This document shows, in pieces, positions 28,343 through 36,225 of a stretch of 37,082 bases of DNA. Made by a program: the position numbers and the translations under genes. Source of the stretch: a virus (lineage: Duplodnaviria > Caudoviricetes); the IMG/VR virus record IMGVR_UViG_3300005077_000054, positions 1-37,082 of that record; one strand, written 5' to 3'. Within the stretch, counting starts at the first letter, position 1. Every line of letters begins with the position of its first letter. The notes below the pieces were generated by a model, which ran no database searches, was not told where the DNA came from, and worked only from the letters and a program-made list of their open reading frames with translations.

Positions 28343-29221
28343 ATGTCAGTAATAGGTATAGTTTTTCATTGGTCAGCCGGCAGATATGACCAGGTCTTTA
28401 ATGATTATCACTATAATATTACTTACAATCCAAAGACAAAACAGGCAAAAATTGTTAAAACCTGTGAGTCTGACGATGAATTGAAAGCTCACACCTGGCA
28501 TAAAAACACTGGCAGAATTGGAATTGCTCTTGCTTGTTGTTATAATGCAACTTCTGAAAATCTCGGAAATTATCCACCGGTTGAAGCTCAAATAGAGATG
28601 GCTTGCGCTCTGGCTGGACAGCTTATAAAGAAATACAATCTTCCTCCAGAGGAAATTAAAAGTCATGCTGAATGGGCAACTCTTGACGGTTACGGTCCCG
28701 GTTCAGACGATCCTGAAACTCGATGGGATTTATGGATTCCGAACTGGAAAAATGGAAAAAATTTATCTCAGGTAATGCGCGATAAATCTCTCTGGTATAG
28801 TGAGCATGGAGAAGAAGACCCAGTTTCTAAGCCAGATACAAAGTTCACTCACCTGGTCAGTAAGTATTCTACCCAGTATAATCTCAGGCCAGAATTCGTT
28901 CATTCGATTATTCAGCAGGAGAGCAGTTATAATCCAAAGGCTATAAGCAAATCAAATGCAAAGGGATTAATGCAACTTCTCCCGATGACATGGGAAGAAG
29001 TGACGAAAAAACTCTGTATTGAGAATCCAGATCCATTTAACCCTGAAACAAACATCAGAGCGGGCTGTTATTACCTCGACTGGTGCAGAAAGAATATGAA
29101 CTTAGAGTGGGCCATGGCGGCCGGGTATAACCAGGGTATAGGGAACTTTAAAAAGGGGAGCATGCCGATTGAAGGGTTGAAGTATGCGAATGAGGTCATG
29201 AAAAGATTAATTTTTGTGTAA
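28343..29221 (+). CDS. Endolysin: Amidase_2 plus lytic transglycosylase (SLT)
   Basis: FHWSA, YHY, AHT, IGI, SHAE amidase motifs; QQES, GLMQL, NIRAG..YL, YN.G SLT motifs. Confidence 0.88.
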   Translation: MSVIGIVFHWSAGRYDQVFNDYHYNITYNPKTKQAKIVKTCESDDELKAHTWHKNTGRIGIALACCYNATSENLGNYPPVEAQIEMACALAGQLIKKYNLPPEEIKSHAEWATLDGYGPGSDDPETRWDLWIPNWKNGKNLSQVMRDKSLWYSEHGEEDPVSKPDTKFTHLVSKYSTQYNLRPEFVHSIIQQESSYNPKAISKSNAKGLMQLLPMTWEEVTKKLCIENPDPFNPETNIRAGCYYLDWCRKNMNLEWAMAAGYNQGIGNFKKGSMPIEGLKYANEVMKRLIFV

Positions 29222-29264
29222 TATGAACATACCATCCAGGTGGACTGTTCATATTGCACAAAAA
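29211..29264. other. Candidate attP (54-bp inverted repeat)
   Basis: 19-bp arms TTTTTGTGTAATATGAACA / TGTTCATATTGCACAAAAA (one mismatch) around a 16-bp core, next to the integrase stop. Confidence 0.6.
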
Positions 29265-29265
29265 A

Positions 29266-30723
29266 TTATTCAAATTTATACGGAGAGGGGATTGGAATAT
29301 AAAAATCCCCTCTCCAAACTATCTTCACTTCTTCACTTTTTATTACGATTTTTTCAATCAATACTTCTAAAATTCTTCTCTTTTCCTGCAGGTCTGATTT
29401 TTTCCATTTTTCTGGAATTGCTGTTAGAAAATTTTTAAATTCTTTGTTTATTATAGCAGGTTCTTTCTCTTCTTTATAGTTTTTCAAATTCTCTTCAAGA
29501 GCTTTTTTTTCTTCATGGAGATTTCTTATCCTCTCTCCTATTTCTTTGATTTCCGCTGTAGAATCCACCTGATATAAGTCAAGCAGTTTATTTATCTTTT
29601 TATTTAAATCCTCTATTCTTTTTTCTATTATCTTTTTTCCCCTGACCGGCTCTTTTTTTTCAGGAGGTTTTACCTTAAATTCTTCAATAGACAGATGTAA
29701 TATCTTTTTTTCGATTATAGAATTTAGCTTTTCTTCTCTCCATGGCTTGTTTTTACAATTCGGGTCTTTTATCATGCATTCCATTTTTGTTCTAGAGTAG
29801 CAAGTATAGTATCTATATGCCTTTCTCTCTCCGAATTTACTACTAATTACAGTTCGAATATTTATCGCTATTTTAGCTCCGCAAATACCGCAAAAAAGAA
29901 GACCAGTCAACAAAGAATTCGATTGAAAGCATTTTTTATTATAGTTTACTCTATTATTTCTGATTACCTGAACTTGTTCAAACATCTCAGGCTCTATTAT
30001 CTTTTCGTGCTGTCCGTCAAATACACTCCCATTCCACCGTATTTTCCCGGCATAAAGTGGGTTTGTTAAAACATTATTAACCGTCGAATTGAAAGACCAG
30101 TTACCGTATTTATACTTATATCCTTTCTTCCTTAAGATTTCCGCAATCTTTCTGACTCCATGGCCCTCCAGAAAAAGAGAGTAAGCCTCCCTCACTTGCA
30201 AAGCTTCATATTCATTAATTACCAATTGACCGTTAACGTAATCGTACCCAATAGGCACACCGGAGCCATGGAATAGTCCTTTTTTCGCTCTTCCTTCTCG
30301 GCCCATGGCGGTTCTCTCTTTTATTATTTCTTTCTCTCTTTGAGCGATCGAAGCTAAAAAAGATAACATCATAATTCCATTTGGAGTCGAAGAGTCGATA
30401 TTTTCCGTAATAGAAATAAAAGTAATATTGTTTTTCTTAAAAATTTCTTCTATAAGCCGTAAGGAATTCAGTGTATTTCTGCTGAGTCTGTCGAGTTTGT
30501 AAACCAGAACTATATCAAAATTTTCCACTTCAGATATAAGCTTTTGAATAGCTGGCCGGTCAAGATTTTCTCCAGAGTATCCAGGGTCGATATAAATATC
30601 ATGAATTATCCAGCCATGAACACGGCAGTAGTTTATTAACCGCTCTTTCTGCTCTGGAATAGAGAAGCCTTCTTCTGCTTGTTCCGTCGTGCTTACACGG
30701 ATATAAATTGCTACGCGTTTCAT
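29266..30723 (-). CDS. Large serine recombinase (integrase)
   Basis: YIRVST, DRP, KLDRLSR, recombinase domain, CGIC/C..C zinc ribbon, coiled coil. Confidence 0.96.
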   Translation of the reverse strand: MKRVAIYIRVSTTEQAEEGFSIPEQKERLINYCRVHGWIIHDIYIDPGYSGENLDRPAIQKLISEVENFDIVLVYKLDRLSRNTLNSLRLIEEIFKKNNITFISITENIDSSTPNGIMMLSFLASIAQREKEIIKERTAMGREGRAKKGLFHGSGVPIGYDYVNGQLVINEYEALQVREAYSLFLEGHGVRKIAEILRKKGYKYKYGNWSFNSTVNNVLTNPLYAGKIRWNGSVFDGQHEKIIEPEMFEQVQVIRNNRVNYNKKCFQSNSLLTGLLFCGICGAKIAINIRTVISSKFGERKAYRYYTCYSRTKMECMIKDPNCKNKPWREEKLNSIIEKKILHLSIEEFKVKPPEKKEPVRGKKIIEKRIEDLNKKINKLLDLYQVDSTAEIKEIGERIRNLHEEKKALEENLKNYKEEKEPAIINKEFKNFLTAIPEKWKKSDLQEKRRILEVLIEKIVIKSEEVKIVWRGDFYIPIPSPYKFE

Positions 30724-30977
30724 TCTGCTTCCACCGGCTTTAACATGCCCTTTTTCTTTCTTTTATATTCTTTGTAATACGTTTTCGTTTCACCTTTTTT
30801 ATTTATTTTCTGCTCAAAAGGTGTTTTAGTAATTTCCATTACTGGTACTATTTCTATTCCGAGAATAGAAGAAATAGCCAGGTCGGAAACAGAAATTCCT
30901 TTCTCTTTTGCTATCATCTTTATTTTATTGTGTTCCTCTGGGGTACAGAGAAACCACATCTTTTTTGTTCTTTCCAC
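30720..30977 (-). CDS. Ribbon-helix-helix-like small DNA-binding protein
   Basis: T..MWF.CTPEEH.KIK..AKEKGISVSDL; overlaps the integrase start. Confidence 0.65.
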   Translation of the reverse strand: MERTKKMWFLCTPEEHNKIKMIAKEKGISVSDLAISSILGIEIVPVMEITKTPFEQKINKKGETKTYYKEYKRKKKGMLKPVEAE

Positions 30978-30998
30978 GAAAAATCACCTCCATAATTT

Positions 30999-31027
30999 AT
31001 TATACAGATATTTAAACAAAAAATCAA
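30999..31027 (-). promoter_or_regulatory. Promoter of RHH-integrase operon
   Basis: Minus strand TTGATT-17 bp-TATAAT. Confidence 0.65.
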
Positions 31028-31109
31028 CAAAATTTTCAAAGTATTTTTCTAGGTGTTTAAAATCCTTATGGTATAAGACTTTTTTTGTACGTGTTATTTG
31101 ATTAAAAAG

Positions 31110-31138
31110 TTGACAAAATCTTCAAAGTAATATATAAT
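31110..31138 (+). promoter_or_regulatory. Consensus sigma-A promoter of accessory operon
   Basis: TTGACA-17 bp-TATAAT. Confidence 0.88.
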
Positions 31139-31144
31139 AATAAA

Positions 31145-31320
31145 TGTAAGGAACAGCAAAACGGGAGGGTGAAACGGGATACACGGGGCAGGTGGACTCG
31201 GAGGGTAAGGACAGGAAGTCCGACTCAGGAGCGCTCACGGTAAGACCGGAAAAAGGGCGGATGAACACAGTAAAGACGGTTAAAATGCAGAATGACCTTA
31301 TTGCAAGTAAGGCCATTCAA
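31145..31320 (+). ncRNA. Candidate G-rich leader / small RNA with ten GGA motifs and 3' hairpin
   Basis: Starts at predicted TSS; no convincing long ORF; GGA x10 in 31150-31261; hairpin 31290-31318. Confidence 0.35.
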
Positions 31321-31374
31321 AGTCATTAAGACTAATAATCAAAAATATTATATCAAAGAAAGTGAGGAATTGCA

Positions 31375-31632
31375 ATGACAATCACGGCAAGAATTCAGGA
31401 AACTTATAACCAGGATAAAGCAAATTTCATTATCGTGAAAACCGCAGAAGGTTACAATGTAACCAATATGAGAACCTTCAAGATGTATAAAGTAGAAGCT
31501 AACACCTGCACCTGTCCAGATTTTAAATATAGAAGGGCAGATAACAACCAGGGCTGTAAACACATAGCAGCGGTTAAAGAACTGGAAGCGGCAAAGAAAG
31601 CCAGAGTTTTAAAAGCAATAGCCAGATGGTAA
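31375..31632 (+). CDS. SWIM zinc-finger protein
   Basis: CTCPDF....GCKHIAAV. Confidence 0.88.
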   Translation: MTITARIQETYNQDKANFIIVKTAEGYNVTNMRTFKMYKVEANTCTCPDFKYRRADNNQGCKHIAAVKELEAAKKARVLKAIARW

Positions 31633-31686
31633 AAGCAACAGGGCCGGGGAAACCTGGCCCTTAAAAAATAAAAAGGAGTGATAAAG

Positions 31687-31791
31687 ATGATGCCGGGAAG
31701 CGAAATGTATATACCAGATTACAGTGAGGAGCAGGAAGAAGAACAGAAAGAACTGAGTTTAGAAGAACTTCTTCTTACGGTTCCGTTTTAA
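31687..31791 (+). CDS. 34-aa acidic peptide ending in VPF
   Basis: RBS aaggagtg; MMPGSEMYIPDYSEEQEEEQKELSLEELLLTVPF. Confidence 0.7.
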   Translation: MMPGSEMYIPDYSEEQEEEQKELSLEELLLTVPF

Positions 31792-31843
31792 ATTATAAAG
31801 GCAGGGGTTCCAGTGGAGCTCCTGCCGGGAAGGAGTAAATAAA

Positions 31844-32209
31844 ATGATAGAGAAGATTAAAACAGTATTAGACAGGCCATTCTCAAAAGAACTGATTAAA
31901 TATAAGCCGGGCAGCAATAACAGGAAACTGGCTTATGTTGAAACGGTTCACTACGTTGACAGGCTCAATGAGGCTTTTGAGCACTACTGGAGCTGGGAAG
32001 TTATGGATTACCATATCGAAGAGAAACAAGTTTACTGCAAAGGGAAACTGACAATTAATATCGATAACGACACGATTATTAAAGAGGGGTTTGGCGGCAA
32101 AATGAGATCTGGAGAAATCGGAGATGACCTGAAGGGAGCCGCTTCGGACGCTCTGAAAAAGGCGGCGAGTCTCCTGGGAATTGGACTTCACCTGTATAAA
32201 GGTAAATAA
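31844..32209 (+). CDS. Rad52/Rad22-like (Sak) single-strand annealing protein
   Basis: L.YV.....DRLNE.F...WSWEV, KEGFG, KGAASDALKKAA.LLGIGL.LY. Confidence 0.88.
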   Translation: MIEKIKTVLDRPFSKELIKYKPGSNNRKLAYVETVHYVDRLNEAFEHYWSWEVMDYHIEEKQVYCKGKLTINIDNDTIIKEGFGGKMRSGEIGDDLKGAASDALKKAASLLGIGLHLYKGK

Positions 32210-32281
32210 AAAAATAATTCCTGCCCGGCGGAATTTGTCGGGCAGGGTATGATAGAATAAAATTAAAATTTGAAAGGATGA

Positions 32282-32524
32282 GTGATTAAAATGTGTAATT
32301 ATAAATTTGTAAGACACGGAGTAAATAAGAATGTAGTGGGAATACAGATAGAAACAGGAGAAGTATTATTAACGAAAAATCAACTAATGGATAGTGAATT
32401 AAACGAAAAAGAAGAAATATTAAAGCAGTGGGAAATCGAAAAACAGAAAGCAAATCAGGAAATTATAGATAAATATAATATGCTCCCGGGAAATCAGAAA
32501 AAGTATTTCGGTGACGAGGGTTAA
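32282..32524 (+). CDS. Hypothetical protein
   Basis: ORF with RBS gaaagga, flanked by hairpins. Confidence 0.6.
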   Translation: MIKMCNYKFVRHGVNKNVVGIQIETGEVLLTKNQLMDSELNEKEEILKQWEIEKQKANQEIIDKYNMLPGNQKKYFGDEG

Positions 32525-32622
32525 AAAATTAAAGGGCCAGACCTCTGGCCCTTATTCGGTCAAATATTTATAACCGTGGTCGATTCCAAAAATATTATAA
32601 CACACGAAAGGCGGTACGTAAA

Positions 32623-32898
32623 ATGATTAACAAAAAAGTATTTAAAAACGGATGCCCCTGGGGAACAGCAAAATTCAAAACAGAAGAAGAATACACTTCA
32701 GTGATATTCGAAGCGTTCAGGACTGAAAGCAAAATAACTTCTGAAGAAACAGAAGAAGAACTGCCGGACGGACTTGTAAGGTATAAAGAAAGCTCAGAAT
32801 GGGAAGAATACTGGCAGAAAGACGAAGAGGATTACAGGCAGGCGAATGAAATGAGAGAGAGTTTAGAAGTAGCTCTCTTTAAGTCAAGAGTAGAATAA
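32623..32898 (+). CDS. Acidic hypothetical protein
   Basis: RBS gaaaggcgg; Glu-rich, 91 aa. Confidence 0.65.
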   Translation: MINKKVFKNGCPWGTAKFKTEEEYTSVIFEAFRTESKITSEETEEELPDGLVRYKESSEWEEYWQKDEEDYRQANEMRESLEVALFKSRVE

Positions 32899-32903
32899 AT
32901 TTA

Positions 32904-32944
32904 AAAGCCCGGAGGAGTAAAATCTTCCGGGCTCTTTTTTTATT
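32904..32944 (+). terminator. Intrinsic terminator closing the accessory operon
   Basis: agcccggagga-gtaaaa-tcttccgggct plus T-tract. Confidence 0.8.
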
Positions 32945-33067
32945 GTACTTTTACCACATGAAAATAGCGTCTAATTTCACTTCTAACGGCCTCTATTATC
33001 AAAATGAAGGAAATGTATCAATAAGGTTATCTCTTACGATAGGAGGCCATTTCTGAAAGTGATTTCC

Positions 33068-33619
33068 TTAAAAAATAATAATAGAACTCACCTGGAAATT
33101 ATCATCCAGATGGTCAGTGGAGGTCACGACGAAATAAATATAATGCCCATTTACTGTATAGTAAAACCCCACGTCATGACGGTTTAAGCTTTGAGTTATA
33201 CAGCTTGTCCCATGGGCGTCCCAAATCTGCTTACAGGTGCATCCGACGCCAACACCTTTTAAAGTTCTTATCTCAGGATTAAAAACCTCTATGCTCTTTA
33301 TAGTTTCTTGTTTTGAAAGATTTTGAAAGCCTGTATTGAGTAGAATATTATATCCATAAAGAGTCAGCCCCCAGAATGTCCCTGGCTGTCCATTGTCCAT
33401 AAATCTTGCAACGCCATCAGAAAGTCCTCCGTCTGGAGTTCTCCCGAATTTTGACCCTACTGATTTCATGCTGTCACCAATCATTACGGTCGGCTGTAAA
33501 TTTCCATTTCTATCCATAGAAGAATAAATCCCATCCGCACGTACCCAATAATAAGTTACGGCGTGAGCTGGAAGGGAAATTACGATTAATAATACGATAA
33601 TTAATAAAGCTTTTTTCAT
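33068..33619 (-). CDS. Secreted protein (lysogenic conversion / exclusion candidate)
   Basis: Signal peptide MKKALLIIVLLIVISLPAHA; RTLKGVGVG motif. Confidence 0.7.
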   Translation of the reverse strand: MKKALLIIVLLIVISLPAHAVTYYWVRADGIYSSMDRNGNLQPTVMIGDSMKSVGSKFGRTPDGGLSDGVARFMDNGQPGTFWGLTLYGYNILLNTGFQNLSKQETIKSIEVFNPEIRTLKGVGVGCTCKQIWDAHGTSCITQSLNRHDVGFYYTVNGHYIYFVVTSTDHLDDNFQVSSIIIF

Positions 33620-34174
33620 AAACACTTCTCCTTTATTCTATTTTTATATATTATAGTTTATATAAAATATTATTGTAAAAAATTATAAAACTTTTTTTAT
33701 TTTAAGTCAAAACGTGAAATGCTTAGTATGTGTAAATTAAATTCATTCTAGGTAAGCACTGAGGTAAAAGAAAGATAGTAATAGCAATAGTTTCATTAAA
33801 AAGAAAAAGAAATTCACGGTAAAGAAAAAGTAGTTCTTTTGCTTGCTAATACGCCAAAAGAACTATAAAAGTGAAAAGTTGCGGGCACGTGATATAATTT
33901 TCATGAGAGATTTTTTTAAATATATCTCTTAAGGAAGAAAATAAGATATAATAAGAGAGAGGGATCGCACTCTGACAAGTCTTGCTTAGAACCGGACAAG
34001 TCGAGGCGTCCATCGTTTAATTAAACAGTAAATCTTTGATTTAATTATATCACAGAAAAAGAAAAAAGAAAGGAGGATAAAACAGAAAAGAGACACCTTA
34101 AAGGGGCGTCCCTTTATTATCACATTTATATTATATCATAAAAACAAAATAAAGAAAGAAAGGACTTTTGAAAG

Positions 34175-34336
34175 ATGCTCAAAGGTTTGTTTTCTGCTGG
34201 GGAACTATTTACTCAAATTTTCGGAACAGAGGGAGAAGAGGCTGTGAGGCGGTTCGGAGAAACTTTCTTTAATGCCGGATTTAATCTCGGATATAACGCA
34301 AGAAAGGAGGAAGAGAAGCAAGAGGGCGGTAAATAG
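34175..34336 (+). CDS. 53-aa hypothetical protein
   Basis: RBS gaaagga; MLKGLFSAGELFTQIFG...QEGGK; followed by a terminator. Confidence 0.6.
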   Translation: MLKGLFSAGELFTQIFGTEGEEAVRRFGETFFNAGFNLGYNARKEEEKQEGGK

Positions 34337-34344
34337 AGAAAGAT

Positions 34345-34387
34345 AAAGCCTATCTGATACAATCCCGGTAGGCTTTTACTTTTTATT
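34345..34387. terminator. Terminator between convergent genes
   Basis: aaagcctatc / ggtaggcttt plus T-tract. Confidence 0.6.
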
Positions 34388-34389
34388 GG

Positions 34390-34644
34390 TTATTTTTCTT
34401 CCAATTTCTCAATTCTCTCTTCATGGTCTTTAAATTTATACCCAACCATATCCATAAAGTTACTCATAACATTAACCAGTTTTGAAACTTCAATTTTTAT
34501 ACCATGAACATCTTCTTTAATGCTGTCCATAGCTTTACCCATAACAATCTGATTTACTTCGAGATTTGCAAGTATCCTGTCGTGCCTTTCGTATCCTTTT
34601 GTCATTTCTTCTATGGCTTTTTCTATTCTATCAATTCTTTCCAT
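34390..34644 (-). CDS. Coiled-coil hypothetical protein
   Basis: Heptad repeats, HEERIEKLE end; RBS aaggtg. Confidence 0.7.
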   Translation of the reverse strand: MERIDRIEKAIEEMTKGYERHDRILANLEVNQIVMGKAMDSIKEDVHGIKIEVSKLVNVMSNFMDMVGYKFKDHEERIEKLEEK

Positions 34645-34661
34645 ATTTATCACCTTCTCTC

Positions 34662-34799
34662 TTACCCAAACTTCCTGGGGTCTGGCATCCAGTAAATCGC
34701 TTTACCGATGATACTCATATTCTCATTGAATTCTATTATTTCGTCAGATTTATCCGTCAGGAACATGTGACCCTTTATTATTTTATTTCCAAAATTCAT
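34662..34799 (-). pseudogene. Remnant resembling the C-terminus of an S24 repressor
   Basis: MFLTDKSDEIIEFNENMSIIGKAI aligns by eye with MVFINGSGDIIPLNENIRIEGKAV of the intact cI. Confidence 0.5.
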
Positions 34800-34835
34800 A
34801 CCACTTTTTTTGAGGTTTAAGCGATAACGCCTGTT

Positions 34836-35264
34836 TTATTTCAATAAAAGGTTAAAAAAAGAAAAAGTACAACTATCTTTTCTGCTATTACTATTATGGG
34901 TGCTACAAACAGCAAAATTGCCTTCGTGAGAAAGACCTATATTGTTTATAAGGGCATTATACTTTTTATTTATTAATACTTCTCCTGATTTATCCATGGC
35001 ATAAAACGTGCCTTTTAGTTTATCCAAATCATTTACTATGTAAAAAACAAAATTACCGTTATCAGAAACAATAAAATCACTACCTACATTTATTTTTTCG
35101 TTAAATTTCTTCAATAAAAATTTATTATTTTCTAACAACACGTATCCATTTTTATCTCCTATTGTTCCCCATCCTAAAAGATATTTTTTATTCTGTGATA
35201 TAGAATAAACTCCATAAAAAGAACCTATAGTTACCATATCATCGTTAAAATTTATCTGTGTCAT
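34836..35264 (-). CDS. Hypothetical beta-propeller-like protein, possibly truncated
   Basis: SQNKKY, SDNGNF, SHEGNF blade-like repeats; very AT-rich; ATGA coupling to cI. Confidence 0.55.
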   Translation of the reverse strand: MTQINFNDDMVTIGSFYGVYSISQNKKYLLGWGTIGDKNGYVLLENNKFLLKKFNEKINVGSDFIVSDNGNFVFYIVNDLDKLKGTFYAMDKSGEVLINKKYNALINNIGLSHEGNFAVCSTHNSNSRKDSCTFSFFNLLLK

Positions 35265-36070
35265 AAATCACCTTTTACAGAAACAGCTTTACCCTCAATA
35301 CGAATATTTTCATTTAAGGGTATAATGTCGCCGGAGCCATTTATAAAAACCATACCCATATCGTTTATATTTCTTGCTTTTTTTAGGACACCTTTAGATA
35401 TATCCGTTTCGTTATAATCACAAATGAGAACTATATCCCCAGGAGAACAGATATTTTGTTTTTTTATTAAAACATGCATTTTATCACAAATACCGCATTC
35501 TTTCATGCTATCACCGGAAACTTCTATAACAAAATCACCCTTCCCAATCCATTCTTCCGGCACAGAAATCATTTCATAAGTCTCTTCTGTCGGACAGGTA
35601 AAATTACCGCATTTTACTCCAGTGACAAGAGGGAGTTTGGCGGTAGATACCTTCATTCTTATTGCTCCAGGAGGCAGATCTTCCTTCTCCAGTTCCTCCA
35701 TTTGCCTGCCCTTCTTCACGAGAGCGCTGAGTTCGTTGAACTGCTGGAGGAAAAGCGGAGTCCGGTAATTCTCCCTTATTCTGTTTATGGTTTCTTCGGA
35801 GGTTGCCCTGGCGGTCTCCTGGATGATTTCTTTTATACCGGTATCAGGGGGAGAGTTTTCTGAAGGAGAAAAGCCGGTGACAGAGGCGAGTTCGTTTGGT
35901 GTAAAATCAAGAACCTTACAAAGAGTCGTCAATAAAGAAAACTCTACATCCCTTTTATTATTTTCTATTCTGGAAAAAGCAGAATCGTTTGAATTACATA
36001 ATTTAGATAATTGTTCTATTGTCAATCCCTTTGCTATTCTTTTCTGTTTAATAAATTCACCAATCGTCAT
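35261..36070 (-). CDS. cI: CI-like repressor (XRE HTH plus S24 peptidase)
   Basis: N-terminal HTH (SRIENNKR), CG cleavage site, GDSM, LKK catalytic Lys. Confidence 0.92.
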   Translation of the reverse strand: MTIGEFIKQKRIAKGLTIEQLSKLCNSNDSAFSRIENNKRDVEFSLLTTLCKVLDFTPNELASVTGFSPSENSPPDTGIKEIIQETARATSEETINRIRENYRTPLFLQQFNELSALVKKGRQMEELEKEDLPPGAIRMKVSTAKLPLVTGVKCGNFTCPTEETYEMISVPEEWIGKGDFVIEVSGDSMKECGICDKMHVLIKKQNICSPGDIVLICDYNETDISKGVLKKARNINDMGMVFINGSGDIIPLNENIRIEGKAVSVKGDL

Positions 36071-36105
36071 AATCTCACCTCATGTAACATTTTATCATAT
36101 AAAAA

Positions 36106-36206
36106 TTCATTTATGAAATATAAAGCGAAGAAAGAATAAATATTTCATTTTTGAAAGTTTATATATTGACATTATTTCAAATATGAATTATAATTTCATT
36201 ATAGAA
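36106..36206. promoter_or_regulatory. Four TTCA-N4-(T/A)GAA operator palindromes
   Basis: 36106-36117, 36144-36155, 36176-36187, 36195-36206. Confidence 0.75.
36166..36194 (+). promoter_or_regulatory. Lytic promoter (PR-like)
   Basis: TTGACA-17 bp-TATAAT. Confidence 0.88.
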
Positions 36207-36225
36207 GGATTTAGGAGGTGCTTAA

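Noticed and set aside
31150-31262. Fixed-period guide-RNA array
   Set aside because: Motif spacing is irregular (5-14 nt) and no recognisable effector gene is adjacent.
31122-31316. Minus-strand 64-aa ORF and plus-strand 22-aa ORF (31261-31329) in the leader
   Set aside because: Minus ORF lacks an RBS and runs into the promoter; plus ORF has only a weak RBS and no motif, so it is unsupported though not excluded.
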